Origin: Dendrobates tinctorius
Taxonomy: Eukaryota
DNA length: 64,000 nt
Assembly: GCF_039654945.1 (NCBI RefSeq)
Contig: NW_027361695.1
Span: 1,736,001 to 1,800,000, forward strand
Reading direction: 5' to 3'
How positions within the stretch are numbered: position 1 is the first letter of the stretch; the number at the start of each line of letters is the position of its first letter. The position numbers and the translations under genes are program-made. Below, piece by piece: positions 39,146-52,719 of the stretch. Below the pieces are notes generated by a model. It saw only the letters and a program-made list of their open reading frames with translations, searched no databases and was not told where the DNA came from.

Positions 39146-41309
39146 CGCATGTTATATGTACACATGTAGCTGTATACATGCACATATGTGTGATGCGTGT
39201 GTGTCGCCTTGTGCCCTCGGTAGTTGCCCACCCTGCAGGGTACATGTTTCCGGGCACAGATCTCCTCTGTAGGCTTCTTATAGGATGTCCCCGTTAATCC
39301 TGGAGTTAGTAGGTTGCACCTTGTACCTGCTGCACCTGTAATCCCCGCGCCGGTGACCCGCATCTGAGTGTGACCCTCTCCCAGGGGCGGCTGACAGATT
39401 TCTCACTACGGGGCAAATGAAACCTAGTGGCCGAGAGAATGCGATCTGCTCTGGCAGACGTCTGTGTCACTGGACTCGGTCACAGCTGCTGCAGAATCTC
39501 TTGGAAAGCATCTGTCACGCGCTGTATGCCGCCATACGGTGCAGATTTGTGATGATCGCTTCGTTAGCCCCGAGCAGCTTCGTGTGTGTTTCTTTTTTAT
39601 CTGTATATTCCGTGTGATCGGTGACTCCGTCCTTATTATTTATATACGGGGTCCTGAGATGTGGAAAAAGCTGCCTGGCTACAAATGTGTAAAATTGTAC
39701 GAGAACGATTGTAAAAGTATCGGGGTCTTCGCCATAGAGTTACACATGACCACCCCTCCCCTAAAGTAATAGAACTCCCATCATCCTGCGTCAGATATAC
39801 CTAGAACAATCCCGGTGCCTCTTTGAGGTTGTGATAGAACTACAAGTCCCAGCATCATGCCATCTGCTAGTTAAATGACCTGTTTGATAAGACCCCTAAT
39901 CTGGGACCCCCTCTGATCATTAGGGTGATGGTTCTGAGTCCACTGTTCTGCCACATTACAAAAATGCAGACTTGAGATCCCCATAGATGGAGGATCAGGG
40001 GTGCAACTACAGGAGGTGCGGGGGCCGCAGATGCAGCCGGCCCATATAATTGGGGGTCCTGTTGAAGATTTTGCATTGGGGCTCACAAACTTCTAGTTAC
40101 GCCAGTGGTCAAATAATTGCCAACAATGTTTTTGGTTGGGGGAAACCTCATCTTCAGTACTTGCTGAGAGTTATAGTTCTACCACGGTTCCGCTGGGTTC
40201 ATCACTGCTGTAAAAGAATGTGGGCTTTTGGGTGAATATTAAGGATTGGAGCCCCTGGCAAAACTTTCTAGGGGTGTTATTCTTCATTAGGTGGCCGGGG
40301 GGCGCTACTTCCACACCATATTAGCTCCAGGGTTCATAGAACTTCCAGACGAAATCTGATTGCAGCCAGTGGCCACTATTCTAGTGCATGGGGTCCTATG
40401 GGCAACTTACTGGAGACTCTGTGATTTGGGGTCGGACATTCCTTTCTCTTGCCGGATCAACAATCCCCATGTGTGGACAGAAGTCGGCCCGCAGGTGTCG
40501 GCCCCCTGTGCAAATAAGACTTTCCTGTATCTATGAGGGTTCTGTGCGAAGCCTTTGCTGTAAAAAAGCAACTTTATGGCTTAAGGGGCCATTTCAATAA
40601 TCAATGCATACTCGCCGTCCATGACGTTAGGAGTTAAAGGGGTGAGGGCATTCTCTAATGCTTATAATTGGGGCTACAAATAATTTTTTGCATTTTAAGT
40701 TCATTATAAAATTTGCACAGTTTGCCTCCTCTAGCCTCTGACTGCAGAATGAGTTAACTGAGAATCTGTCAGTGAGCATGACGGGAACGTTTATAACTCT
40801 TTTTATCTGCCTTTTTCTGACTTCTGACCACAGCCTACATCAAAGCTGAATGTGTTGGGAGACTAATATGAAGCCGGTGATTTGTGAGCTGATCTGCTCG
40901 GCAGTCATGTGGCTTCATGTCCGCCGGCGGGGAAGAAAACTGAATGTACAAACTTTTACATTGTGCCTCTAAATATAGCTGAGAGCGCGAGGCCCATGGC
41001 GGGACGGCCCAAACTGTCCATAGAATAGTTGTCACTGGGGTCAGACCCGTCCATCAGAGGACAAGGGGGACTTTCCAGTACGACCGGTTCTGGTTCAGTA
41101 ATGGGTGAGGTCAGGGCAGGCTCCAGGTGATCATGGACCACGGGTGAAAGTCGCAGGGGGCCCCTTTAACACATGCCACAATACATGATGCACAGACACG
41201 GCAGAGAAATATAGGGATAGAGCAATGCCAAAAACTTCACTTCTTACATTACATGACTAATATCAATAGCTCAGAAACCCAACAGTATAGTCCTCCATAC
41301 AGTATTATG

Positions 41310-41790
41310 GGCACCACACAGTCCTCCATGCAGAATGAGCCCCATATAATGCTCCATGCAGAAGAATGAGCCCCATATATTGCTCCATACTGTAGAATGA
41401 GCCCCATATATTGCTCCATACTGTAGAATGAGCCCCATATATTGCTCCATACTGTAGAATGAGCCCCATATATTGCTCCATACTGTAGAATGAGCCCCAT
41501 ATATTGCTCCATACTGTAGAATGAGCCCCATATATTGCTCCATACTGTAGAATGAGCCCCATATATTGCTCCATACTGTAGAATGAGCCCCATATATTGC
41601 TCCATGCAGAATAATGAGCCCAATATATTGCTCCATGCAGAATGAGCCCCATATATTGCTCCATACTGTAGAATGAGCCCCATATATTGCTCCATACTGT
41701 AGAATGAGCCCCATATATTGCTCCATACTGTAGAATGAGCCCCATATATGGCTCCATACTGTAGAATGAGCCCCATATATTGCTCCATAC
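41310..41790. repeat. 31-bp minisatellite, ~14 copies
   Basis: Unit GAATGAGCCCCATATATTGCTCCATACTGTA. Confidence 0.96.
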
Positions 41791-41987
41791 GGGGGGGGTA
41801 CTCACGGGCACCGGCACTTGCCTGGGTGTGCCGGGTGCTGACACAGACCCTGGTCTAGGTGCCAGATTTACAGGGTCTGTAGTTCAGTTTTACTATGGAA
41901 TTGATCTTTACTTAACTCATCCTGATATAGAACCATTGTGCTGATGGTCACTGAAGACCGTCAACAAGCAGGCTGACTGAAAAGCCG

Positions 41988-42353
41988 CTCCGGAGTATAA
42001 TACAGGAGGTAACTCAGGATCAGTACTGTATGTACACAGTGACTGCACCAGCAGAATAGTGAGTGCAGCTCTGGAGTATAATACAGGATGTAACTCAGGA
42101 TCAGTAATGTAATGTATGTACACAGTGACTGCACCAGCAGAATAGTGAGTGCAGCTCTGGAGTATAATACAGGATGTAACTCAGGATCAGTAATGTAATG
42201 TATGTACACAGTGACTGCACCAGCAGAATAGTGAGTGCAGCTCTGGGGTATAATGCAGGATGTAATTAAGGATCAGTAATATGTACACAATGACTGCAGC
42301 AGCAGAATAGTGAGTGCAGCTCTGGGGTATAATACAGGATGCGGGATCAGTAA
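41988..42353. repeat. 86-bp satellite, ~4 copies
   Basis: Unit GTATAATACAGGATGTAACTCAGGATCAGTAATGTAATGTATGTACACAGTGACTGCACCAGCAGAATAGTGAGTGCAGCTCTGGA. I recall it as a dispersed satellite of hyloid frogs; not verified. Confidence 0.92.
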
Positions 42354-42379
42354 TGGGTAAGATTGAGCAGGTCTCATTA

Positions 42380-42659
42380 TAGGGGCTTTGTCGGCACAGA
42401 ATGACTGTTCAAACCCAGTACAGGTGCTCGGTGTTTCACGGTGGGGCCAGTCCTTTATATACACCTTCCCACCTGCTTGTTTTCACTCTATTTCCACCCC
42501 ATTCTATGTTTGACTGCTTTGGTTTCTTAGAGCCAGAGAAGGATAGAGATAGATGAGAAGCAAGCAGGTGGGAAGGTGGACAGAAATGTCTGGCCCCGCC
42601 GTCAGGCACTGAGTCGCTCTAGGGTTTGAACAGTCATTCTGTGCTGACAGCCCCTTTAA
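42380..42659. mobile_element. Palindromic Kolobok-like MITE
   Basis: tgtcggcacagaatgactgttcaaaccc / gggtttgaacagtcattctgtgctgaca are inverted. Ends CCCCT-TTAA. Confidence 0.75.
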
Positions 42660-44659
42660 TAAGACCTACTTTGGGATGGTATTGTTGATGGGAATTATAT
42701 GTGTAATTTCTGTTGGATTTAATGGTCAACCCCTTTAAGGTTCATTGGTTATTGGGATTTGGAGGTGAACCTATCCACTCTGAAATCCACATATCATCCT
42801 GACTGTGTGAACAGACCCTAGGGTAGATGGCAGTGTATTAGGTTTGGCTTCCTTAAAGGAATTGTCCAGGATTGCACAAATAATGCCTGACTATGGATTG
42901 TCTGGTATTGTAGCCCATCCTGGTAGAAGTATATGGAGCTGAGCTGCAATACCACACACAACCCATAGGCAGGGGTGGCGCTGGTTCTGAAATACGTTTT
43001 TGGAGAACTCCTTTTTTTTTTTTTTTTCTTTTTTCTATTTTGTTTCTAATGGAAATGATTTACAAATGGGCATAGATGGTATTTTTTGTGCATCTGTCAT
43101 CGGCAGAGATAGTTACAGTAATTATATTTTTCTTTACACCTACGGACCCTTTATATAACCATCATAAAAGCACAGAAAATTCACATCCAAAGTGGAACTT
43201 TTTTTTTTTTTTGCCAATACCGCCACTGGAACGGTACAATGGAAATGAACATAAATATAATTAATATATATTTTATTTTTTGTTTTGTATTTGAATTCCT
43301 TAAATCCTGTAGTTCTCCTGAAGTTGGACAACTTTGTGTTTTGTTTTTTTTTGTTTTTTTTTGGGGGAGGGGAGTTGGTGGTGGGAGAAATTATTACATA
43401 ACCAATTATTTAACTTGGAGGATACCATATATTTGCCACAAAGCAGATAGAAATGATCCTGTTCCAGAAGACCCAGCTTGTCCTTTTTTTTTTTTTTTTC
43501 TGGAAACTGTGTAATTCATCCTTTCGCCTGTGGGAGTGCTGTTGAATTAAACACTCGCTTCCAAGCTTCACCACTGATCGCTGCTGATCTCTAGGGGTCT
43601 CGACAGTTAGATATCCCATAGAAGGGGGGGACCCTTTAAGGCTCAGGATGTGATTTCATCTGTTTTGCTTTTTAATGGTTTTTCAGAACCAGCAGCTGAA
43701 ATCCACTTGTTTGACACAAGCATTAGACATGTAAACGGGACATAATCCAGGATTTACAATGTATTTTGAAAATTTACGCTCCGGGCCAAACATCTTCCAG
43801 GTGGCCGTGTGGAGCGGCATGTAAATCCCTGCTGGTGGCGCAGTGTAGAATGTGTTTATTGTTGAGGGGTTTTTGTTTTTTTTGGCTTCAACAAGTTCAT
43901 ATTTAAAGTTTGGGTTTTTTTTTTACACTCATATTTACAAGATCTCTGCTTGCTGTTTCATGAACAGGAACATGCTCCCAAGCCTAAAACCTGTAGTGGC
44001 CTAAAAGTTCACACAGGAGAGGGTATGACACCATTGTATCCAGTGCAGGTGCAACAGTCAGCTGGAGAAGATCTCACAACCAATGCACGCTCGCTTGGCT
44101 GAGCATGCATGTGTCTTCAGAGGGGAGAGGCGAGAAAGCCGCTGCCAGCCACAGCTCATCTCTCCTTGCATCAAAAAAATCAGGCGTTGAAATTCATCAT
44201 GGCTAATGTTTCTTCCGACATCATCTTGGCAAGAGTCAGGAGGCCTTGAAGGCTCCTATACATTGTTCTAATTGGAAATAAGCCTTTGCCAGGGGTAGGC
44301 TGGTGGTGGTCACACAGGGGGTAGCCTGGTGGTGGTCACACAGGGGTAGGCTTGGGTGGTGGTCGCATAGGCTGGGAAACAACTGAGGAGGCTGGTGGGG
44401 ACGTTGGGGAACTACAGAGGAGTCTGGATAACACTCTGGGGGACATGTAGGGGTAGGCTGCGGAATTACAGTGGAGTCTTGAGGACATGCAGGGGAGGTT
44501 GGAGAAGGAGAGAGGAGTCGGAAGGACACGCAGGTTAGGCTGGCAAACCACAGAGGAGTCTGGAGGAAACGCTCTGGGACATGTGGAGGAGGCTGTAGGA
44601 GACATGGGATTTTGGGGAACACGCAGGGGGAGGCTGGAGGAGACATGGGATTTTGGGCA

Positions 44660-45934
44660 ACACACCTAGGGCTGTGGGGTACTCGGTACCGGGCCCGGTG
44701 GATCTCAATGGGAGTTGTCACGGTAGCTGTGACCCGGCCCGTGGCCCTGGACACCCATGGTAAATGTTCACTGTGAATGAATAAGTCGTGACGCCACCTG
44801 TGGTGTTCGGCAATGTAGATGTTAGGCCGATGCTGCAGACAGATCCTCTGGGACAGATGGTGTTGTGCAGCAGTGATGGTATAGCCCTCCACAGGCAGGG
44901 CTGTTGTCCCAGGGCAGAGTAGATATGGTGACACTTAGGTGGTGTAGTGTCAGGCGCAGGGGATGTAGCAGTGCCGGGCAGGTTGACTCTGGAATAAGTG
45001 GAGGACACCAGGGCATGTAGTTCCAAAGCTTTACTCAGTCTGTTGCACAAACAGGTGCCTGCTTCTGTGCCGTGTCCTCCGGGTCTGGGACTCAGTCAAC
45101 CTCCAGGCCAGATGGAATACTCCTTTCCAACACTCCGCCAACTTGTGCCTTTCTGAACGTCTCCTCTTATAGCGCCTTTAGATGAAGTACTCCTAGTACT
45201 GAGTTACACTGGAGTTCCTCCTGTCTGATGTTCCTATGAACTCTACTTGTACGGCAGATAGCTGTAGCCTGCTTCGGGGACTCCTTGCTACTAAGTCCCG
45301 GCTCACTATCCAGTTGCTGTTGTGCCCCCAAGTCTTGTGTGGGAATAAAGTGGTCACTACTTCTATTCCTCCGGTGTCTGCTGCAGGACCATTAGTATCC
45401 GTACAACCTCGGGGACCGGGCCCCAGCCTTGCGCTTAGAACTTCTAGGAAGGGTTCTCTTCTCAACCACGTCCTCTGTTCTCTTTAACTCCTCATGTTCC
45501 GTACTAATCCTTTCCTTCTATGGAGAGTCAAGATTTCAGTCTGTTGCTCTCGTTCTCTCTTCCCCGTGCCAGCAGACCCAGACCACTGGGATCTGCTGCA
45601 GCACTTCCATCCATCTATCCCTGTCTCTAGGGATCTTCTCCTTTCTCTCTCCAACTACCGACTCCTCAACTTAAACTCTTTCCGCTCCTTGTAATGTAAA
45701 CTAATTCCACCCACTTCCCAGCACGTTTCGTGTTCCAAGCAGGGAGCCACCAAGGGGTGCTTTGCTATACTCCAAGCAGGGAGCCGCCGAAGGTGCTTTG
45801 CTACACTACTTTGTGGTGTGAGGTGCAGGTGTTGGAGCGTGGTCAGGAGTTTCCACCTTACCTGGATGGTGGGGCGCCACACCTCAGGAGGAGGTGCAGT
45901 ACCTCTGTGGCGACTGAGCCTAAGGGGCGCCACA
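44660..45934 (-). mobile_element. Probable solo LTR (Gypsy-like) inserted into a degenerate tandem repeat
   Basis: Minus strand begins TGTGGCGCCCC at 45934. The host repeat (ggggaacacgcaggggaggctggagg) lies on both sides. The left boundary and TSD are unresolved. Confidence 0.5.
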
Positions 45935-46323
45935 GAGGCTGGAGGAGTTGAGGGAGACAGGATTATGGGGAACATGCAAGGGGAGGCTGGAGGATACGGA
46001 GGGGATTCTGCAGGACACACGGGAGGCCAGCAGCTGCTTCCTCATAGAGAGTGAAGGCACAGTTGCTGTTCATGTATATGAGAGGGTTGGGGACAATACT
46101 TGTCGGCTGAAAGACCTAAATGTCTGTAGTGGTCTTTCTATACATTAGATGGTCAGCCAGCCCCGTGAAAACTGGCAGGTTCAGCAGATTGCTCTCTTAC
46201 GTGTATGAGAGTCAGTGATTAGCGGTCATAAGGGAGCGCTTAGGAAGCAACCCAGGGGCAGACAAGGATGTCAGGTCTCCACCGCAGCTCCAGCCGAAAA
46301 CCTCCAGTGGAGGATAGGAGCAA

Positions 46324-46516
46324 TGAGAAAATGGAAAACGGTCTTAGAGCGCAGGAAGGAGACTCAGACGAGATGGGGTTAAACCACAACGCGTTTCGAC
46401 GGAGGATCGGTCATCCACCTGATGAAGACGGATCCTCAGTCAAAACGCGTTGTGGTTTAACCCCATCTCGTCTGAGTCTCCTTCCTGCGCTCCTAAGACC
46501 GTTTTCCATTTTCTCA
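46324..46516. repeat. ~85-bp inverted repeat containing a hammerhead core
   Basis: 46324-46408 is the reverse complement of 46431-46516 with few differences. Confidence 0.92.
46415..46455 (+). ncRNA. Minimal type-I hammerhead ribozyme motif (mutated copy)
   Basis: CCAC-CUGAUGA-A-GACGGA(UCC)UCAGUC-AAAACGCGUU-GUGG. The inverted arm keeps the unmutated 3' half, UCCGUC-GAAACGCGUU-GUGG. Confidence 0.72.
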
Positions 46517-47999
46517 CTTTTACGTGGATGGGCACTGTAAGAAAGGTGATGTCCACTCGGATGGACCGAACATCACCTCAGTGACTGCAAAAACTATGAA
46601 CTCAACCTCTATTTTATTGCGTTAAAAAAAGGCACAAAAGCTTCTCCCCTACGACAAATACATGGCTTATATCGGAATGTAGTGTGGACCTTCTGGAGGC
46701 CCTTGGACGTCGGCCGTTGATTGCACCTGGTGATCAAACCTTTTAAATGTGTTTTGTTTTTTTTGTTGTTTTTTTTGTAACTCAATCCAAAGAACAAACC
46801 TGTTTGTGGCCTAAGGCAAATGTAGTAATCTTTGCGCTCCACTTCTGCGATCAGTCCCAGGACTTCAGACCAGTGACACAAGGCAGCGTCTTGGAATGTA
46901 CTTATCTCATTATGGGGAGGGTCCGCTGTCATTATGGGGAGGGTCCGCTCCCTCCGGCGATTCTTACCTCATGTAACTTGCACCAACACCTTCTCTCATT
47001 GTTTGTGTCGTCCTTGGCACATGGTGCGGAGTAGGATCTTACATTTTTTAGTGAAGGCGCCTCGCGATGGCCTTGTCTACTTTTTTAATAGAATTTGGCG
47101 GTAAAAAAAAAATCACTTACTGTGGCTTTCATTAAAAAAAAATAATAATAATAATAATAATGGGCTAAAGAGTCCCTGTATGGTTGTAGCTTCGTTTCCC
47201 TCAGGAGTTGTCCCATTCAGCGACACCATGCAGACATGTCGAAAACCACATGAAATTGCTCCTCAAATTTAGTATAAAATTGTGTACGTTTTCAGCAGAC
47301 AGTTCATGAGCCTTATTTTCTTCTTTTAAAGGAACATGGTGGGGAGTTGTGATTTAGTTTTTTTTTTTTTTTCTTTTCTTGCAGTTGTGCCGGAGATGGC
47401 AGCAGATCACCATTTGTAGAAGGCTTCTGCCAGGACTTTCCTCTTCTTCTTTTTTTTTTTCCTGACCTAAATCTGTACGAGGGAGAGCTGCTGTCAGAGC
47501 GAATCCTGGTGTGGAGCGCTCATCGGAGGAGATAAATAAAAGCTCAGTTTTGCGGGGAATCTCTCTCCACAGGGAGATATGAAAAGCGGTGTGATGACTG
47601 CTCCGCTGCCTCCTGACTGTCAGACTTCAGCAACTGTTTATAGAGCAAAAAGAACAAGTATTTAAAGTAGTTTCCTTGTTCCAAAAACTAAGCAAAAAAT
47701 ATAATCCCCAATTAGACGTTTAAAGGGGTTGTCTGGAACTTAGATATTCGTGACTTATCCTACTGTTTAAGGGTTGGCTGCTACATTTCATGATTGTGTG
47801 GTAAAAAAAAACCAAATAACACATACTCATCGCTCCTCCATATTCTGTACTGTGTGCTCCATTGGTCTCCCATTTACATGGTCGTGTCTCGGGGGGGCAG
47901 TATACCATGAGACATGCTCACGTCCATGGCACAATACTGACGAGTCGAGGTCACATGACCAGATTGATGGTGCTGGGATTTCTTGCTCTGAGAGAGGCA

Positions 48000-48520
48000 C
48001 GCCGGGCTGCTTCTTTCCGAGGGCGAGCCTGGGGCGCCGGGCTGCTTCTTCCCGGGGGCGAGCCTGGGGCGCCGGGCTGCTTCTTCCCGGGGGGCGAGCC
48101 TGGGGCGCCGGGCTGCTTCTTCCCGGGGGCGAGCCTGGGGCGCCGGGCTGCTTCTTCCCGGGGGCGAGCCTGGGGCGCCGGGCTGCTTCTTCCCGGGGGC
48201 GAGCCTGGGGCGCCGGGCTGCTTCTTCCCGAGGGCGAGCCTGGGGCGCCGGGCTGCTTCTTCCCGAGGGCGAGCCTGGGGCGCCGGGCTGCTTCTCCCCG
48301 GGGGCGAGCCTGGGGCGCCGGGCTGCTTCTCCCCGGGGGCGAGCCTGGGGCGCCGGGCTGCTTCTCCCCGGGGGCGAGCCTGGGGCGCCGGGCTGCTTCT
48401 CCCCGGGGGCGAGCCTGGGGCGCCGGGCTGCTGCTTCCCGAGGGCGAGCCTGGGGCGCCGGGCTGCTGCTTCCCGAGGGCGAGCCTGGGGCGCCGGGCTG
48501 CTGCTTCCCGAGGGCGAGCT
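48000..48520. repeat. 35-bp GC-rich minisatellite, ~15 copies
   Basis: Unit GCGAGCCTGGGGCGCCGGGCTGCTTCTTCCCGGGG. Confidence 0.97.
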
Positions 48521-49364
48521 GTTTCACCTCGCCAACAGTCGTTCTGGAGCTTAGTCTGGGGGTGGTGTGTGAGAGAGGGGGACAATTTCTATGTTTAAAA
48601 CCCTTTAAACGTATTATATTCGGAGCTCACGCAGAATTTTCAGATACAGAAAACTTCAAGGGATAAAAGTGAGTGGGCCTCACCGTTTTCCTCTGTGCTG
48701 TTGCTTAGTAACTGGTGCAGTCATCCGTCCTGGAAGTATTGTCACTTCTCCCAATTATGCGTTGTCATATTCCGAGGCGTCAGTCGTCGTCGTCTCTCTG
48801 TTTTATCACTAATATTCGGTGCTGTTAACGAGCGCTTCCCTAGCTCCCGGATCCGGTCCTCCATAGACCTCTCTCTGCGTCCTGACCGGTCTGCGCTCAT
48901 ACTATTAATGCCTTCAGGGAACTTCCTATACTTATTGATTTTCATTCCCCCTCATCCGCATTTCCCCCGTCCTCTGTGCAGACATTTCCAGTAACGCTGA
49001 CCCCTCCATGTTACTTACACCACCGATCCTTTACTTGTCCATTTATGACCTGCACAGACAGGATATGTGGAAAGTTCCAGTATAGATTGACTTTTAGTAA
49101 ATTTTGGAATTGTTAGCTGTCTTCGGTAGGTTTTCCAGAAGCGAAGGGAGGTGCACGGGTTGGTACGCTTAGAGAATAATTGTAAATACAATTTTCACAG
49201 ACTGGAAGTTAGAGAGAATATAGGGTTGAATTCATTCTGGGGATTTCCAAGAATCTCCTGGAAAAAGAAAATGGAAGGAACGTGGAACTTTTGCTCTGTT
49301 TGTGGGTTGTGTGAGAATGATTCAGGGGCCCCAAGGATGTAGAGGTTCTTCTGGAGAGGACGGT

Positions 49365-51905
49365 GCATCTGCTGATGGTGCGGAGCTGCTGCTGGAGGAT
49401 GCGAGGCGTCTGCTGGAGGACGCGAGGCGTCTGCTGATGGTGCGGAGCTTCTGCTGGAGGACGCGAGGCGTCTGCTGATGGTGTAGGGGTTCTGCTGGAG
49501 GACGCCAGGCGTCTGCTGATGGTGCGGAGCTTCTGCTGGAGGACGCGAGGCGTCTGCTGATGGTGCGGAGCTTCTGCTGGAGGACGCGAGGCGTCTGATG
49601 GTGCGGAGCTTCTGCTGGAGGACGCGAGGCGTCTGCTGATGGTGCGGAGCTTCTGCTGGAGGACGCGAGGCGTCTGCTGATGGTGCGGAGCTTCTGCTGG
49701 AGGACGCAAGGCGTCTGCTGATGGTGCGGAGCTTCTGCTGGAGGACGCAAGGCGTCTGCTGATGGTGCGGAGCTTCTGCTGGAGGACGCGAGGCGTCTGC
49801 TGATGGTGCGGAGCTTCTGCTGGAGGACGCGAGGCGTCTGCTGATGGTGCGGAGCTTCTGCTGGAGGATGCGAGGTGTCTGCTGATGGTGCGGAGCTTCT
49901 GCTGGAGGACGCGAGGTGTCTGCTGATGGTGCAGAACTTCTGCTGATGGTGCCGAGCTTCTGCTGGAGGACGTGAGGCGTTTGCTGATGGTGCGGAGCTT
50001 CTGCTGTGGAAAGCGAGGTGTCTGCTGATGGTGCGGAGCTTCTGCTGGAAGACTCAAGATGTCTGCTGATGGTGCGAAGCTTCTGCTGGAGGATGCGAGG
50101 TGTCTGCTGGAGGATGCGAGGCGTCTGCTGATGGTGCGGAGCTTCTGCTGGAGGACGCGAGGCGTCTGCTGATGGTGCGGAGCTTCTGCTGGAGGATGCG
50201 AGGTGTCTGCTGGAGGATGCGTGGCGTCTGCTGATGGTGCGGAGCTTCTGCTGGAGGACGCGAGGCGTCTGCTGATGGTGCGGAGCTTCTGCTGGAGGAT
50301 GCGAGGCGTCTGCTGATGGTGCGGAGCTTCTGCTGTGGAAAGCGAGGCATCTGCTGATGGTGCAGAGCTTCTGCTGGAAGACTCGAGGTGTCTGCTGATG
50401 GTGCGAAGCTTCTGCTGGAGGACGCGAGGCGTCTGCTGGAGGACGCGAGGCGTCTGCTGATGGTGCGGAGCTTCTGCTGGAGGATGTGAGGCGTCTGCTG
50501 ATGGTGCCGAGCTTCTGCTGGAGGACGTGAGGCGTCTGCTGATGGTGCGGAACTTCTGCTGATGGTGCGGAGCTTCTGCTGGAGGACGCGAGGCGTCTGC
50601 TGATGGTGCGGAGCTTCTGCTGGAGGATGCGAGGCGTCTGCTGATGGTGCGGAGCTTCTGCTGTGGAAAGCGAGGCATCTGCTGATGGTGCAGAGCTTCT
50701 GCTGGAAGACTCGAGGTGTCTGCTGATGGTGCGAAGCTTCTGCTGGAGGACCCGAGGAGTCTGCTGATGGTACGGAGCTTCTGCTGATGGTGCGGAACTT
50801 CTGCTGATGGTGCAGAGCTTCTGCTGGAGGATGCGAGGCGTCTGCTGATGGTGCGGAGCTTCTGCTTTGGAAAGCGAGGCATCTGCTGATGGTGCAGAGC
50901 TTCTGCTGGAAGACTCAAGGTGTCTGCTGATGGTGCGAAGCTTCTGCTGGAGGACGCGAGGCGTCTGCTGATGGTGCAGAGCTGCTGGAGGACGCGAGGC
51001 GTCTGCTGATGGTGCGGAGCTTCTGCTGGAAGATGCGAGGCGTCTGCTGATGGTGCGGAGCTTCTGCTGGAGGACGCGAGGCGTCTGCTGATGGTGCGGA
51101 GCTTCTGCTGGAGGACGCGAGGCGTCTGCTGATGGTGCGGAGCTTCTGCTGGAGGACGCGAGGCGTCTGCTGATGGTGCGGAGCTTCTGCTGGAGGACGC
51201 GAGGCGTCTGCTGATGGTGCGGAGCTTCTGCTGGAGGACGCGAGGCGTCTGCTGATGGTGCGGAGCGTCTGCTGATGGTGCGGAGCTTCTGCTGGAGGAT
51301 GCGAGGCGTCTGCTGATGGTGCCGAGCTTCTGCTGGAGGACGTGAGGCGTCTGCTGATGGTGCGGAGCTTCTGCTGTGGAAAGCGAGGTGTCTGCTGATG
51401 GTGCGGAGCTTCTGCTGGAAGACTCGAGATGTCTGCTGATGGTGCGAAGCTTCTGCTGGAGGATGCGAGGTGTCTGCTGTGGAAAGCGAGGCATCTGCTG
51501 ATGGTGCAGAGCTTCTGCTGGAAGACGCGAGGTGTCTGCTGATGGTGCAGAGCTTCTGCTGGAGGACGCGAGGTGTCTGCTGATGGTGGAGAGCTTCTGC
51601 TGGAAGACTCGAGGTGTCTGCTGATGGTGCGAAGCTTCTGCTGGAGGTCGCCAGGCGTCTGCTGATGGTGCAGAGCTTCTGCTGGAGGACGCGAGGTGTC
51701 TGCTGATGGTGGAGAGCTTCTGCTGGAAGACTCGAGGTGTCTGCTGATGGTGGAGAGCTTCTGCTGGAAGACTCGAGGTGTCTGCTGATGGTGGAGAGCT
51801 TCTGCTGGAAGACTCGAGGTGTCTGCTGATGGTGCGAAGCTTCTGCTGGAGGACGCGAGGTGTCTGATGATGGTGCAGAGCTTCTGCTGGGGGACTCGAG
51901 GCATT
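49365..51905. repeat. 41-bp minisatellite (20+21-bp related halves), ~60 copies
   Basis: TCTGCTGATGGTGCGGAGCT plus TCTGCTGGAGGACGCGAGGCG. Individual halves are sometimes duplicated alone. Confidence 0.97.
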
Positions 51906-52468
51906 TGCTGAAGGGTCTAGAGCTGTATTTGATGAGTTTTCGATAAGTGGGGGTGCATGAAATTGCATTTGCAACGTTTGTGCTGTTAAGTAGTGACCCA
52001 GGGGCGGTTAGGTTGCCGAGGGTCTGCTGCAGGGTGTTGAGCACTGCTGAAGGGTGCCTGTATCTGGTGTAACAGAACCTGCCGTTCTCCTCTTTTTATT
52101 CCCATGGAGATTTTTATACGACGTTCCTTTACCTACTGATGCAGTAAAATCTTTTTGCTTCCTTGCACTAAAACAAATTTTGATGAGTCCTGAAAAATGC
52201 ATGATGTTAAAATGTATTTGAATCTCATGAGATATTTATGGGAATGAAGTCTACAAGCTTCCTAATGTGCTCTCAAGTTTTGATAATTAGTTTTAATGGC
52301 GGTTTCATACATTTAAGTGGGCGCCCCACCTCTTGGAAACGTGAATGAAATGTGGAGGTCTGTATAGCTGATCCACAGGGTCAGAAACGTAATCAACTGC
52401 GGATCTGTGAACAAAATTTTAATGGAAAAATTTTTTCTGTAAAATGTTCCGCATGGACATACCCTTAA

Positions 52469-52719
52469 AGGGTTATTCCCTACCTATAAGATAAGGGATC
52501 ACTTGTTGGGGGTCTGATCACTGGGACCACAAGCAATCACAAGAATGGGGATCTAAAACTTTGAATACGGGGTTCTGCTTGACTGACGCGGAGGAGCACA
52601 AGCTCGAACTCTGCTCCATTCACTGTCTATGCTCAGGTTCAATGGGAGTCCCAGCGGACGGACCCCCAGCCATCGGCAAATGATCCCATTTCTTATAGTT
52701 AGGAGATGGGAATAACCCT
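52469..52719. mobile_element. TTAA-flanked Kolobok/T2-like MITE
   Basis: TTAA|AGGGTTATTCCC...GGGAATAACCCT|TTAA, with internal inverted arms. Confidence 0.85.

Noticed and set aside
37084-39363. 759-aa His/Tyr/Thr-rich ORF
   Set aside because: Translation of a CA/TA-rich repeat.
49195-52044. 921-949-aa ORFs
   Set aside because: A 41-bp array that is largely stop-free on the minus strand, antisense within a CAMK1 intron.
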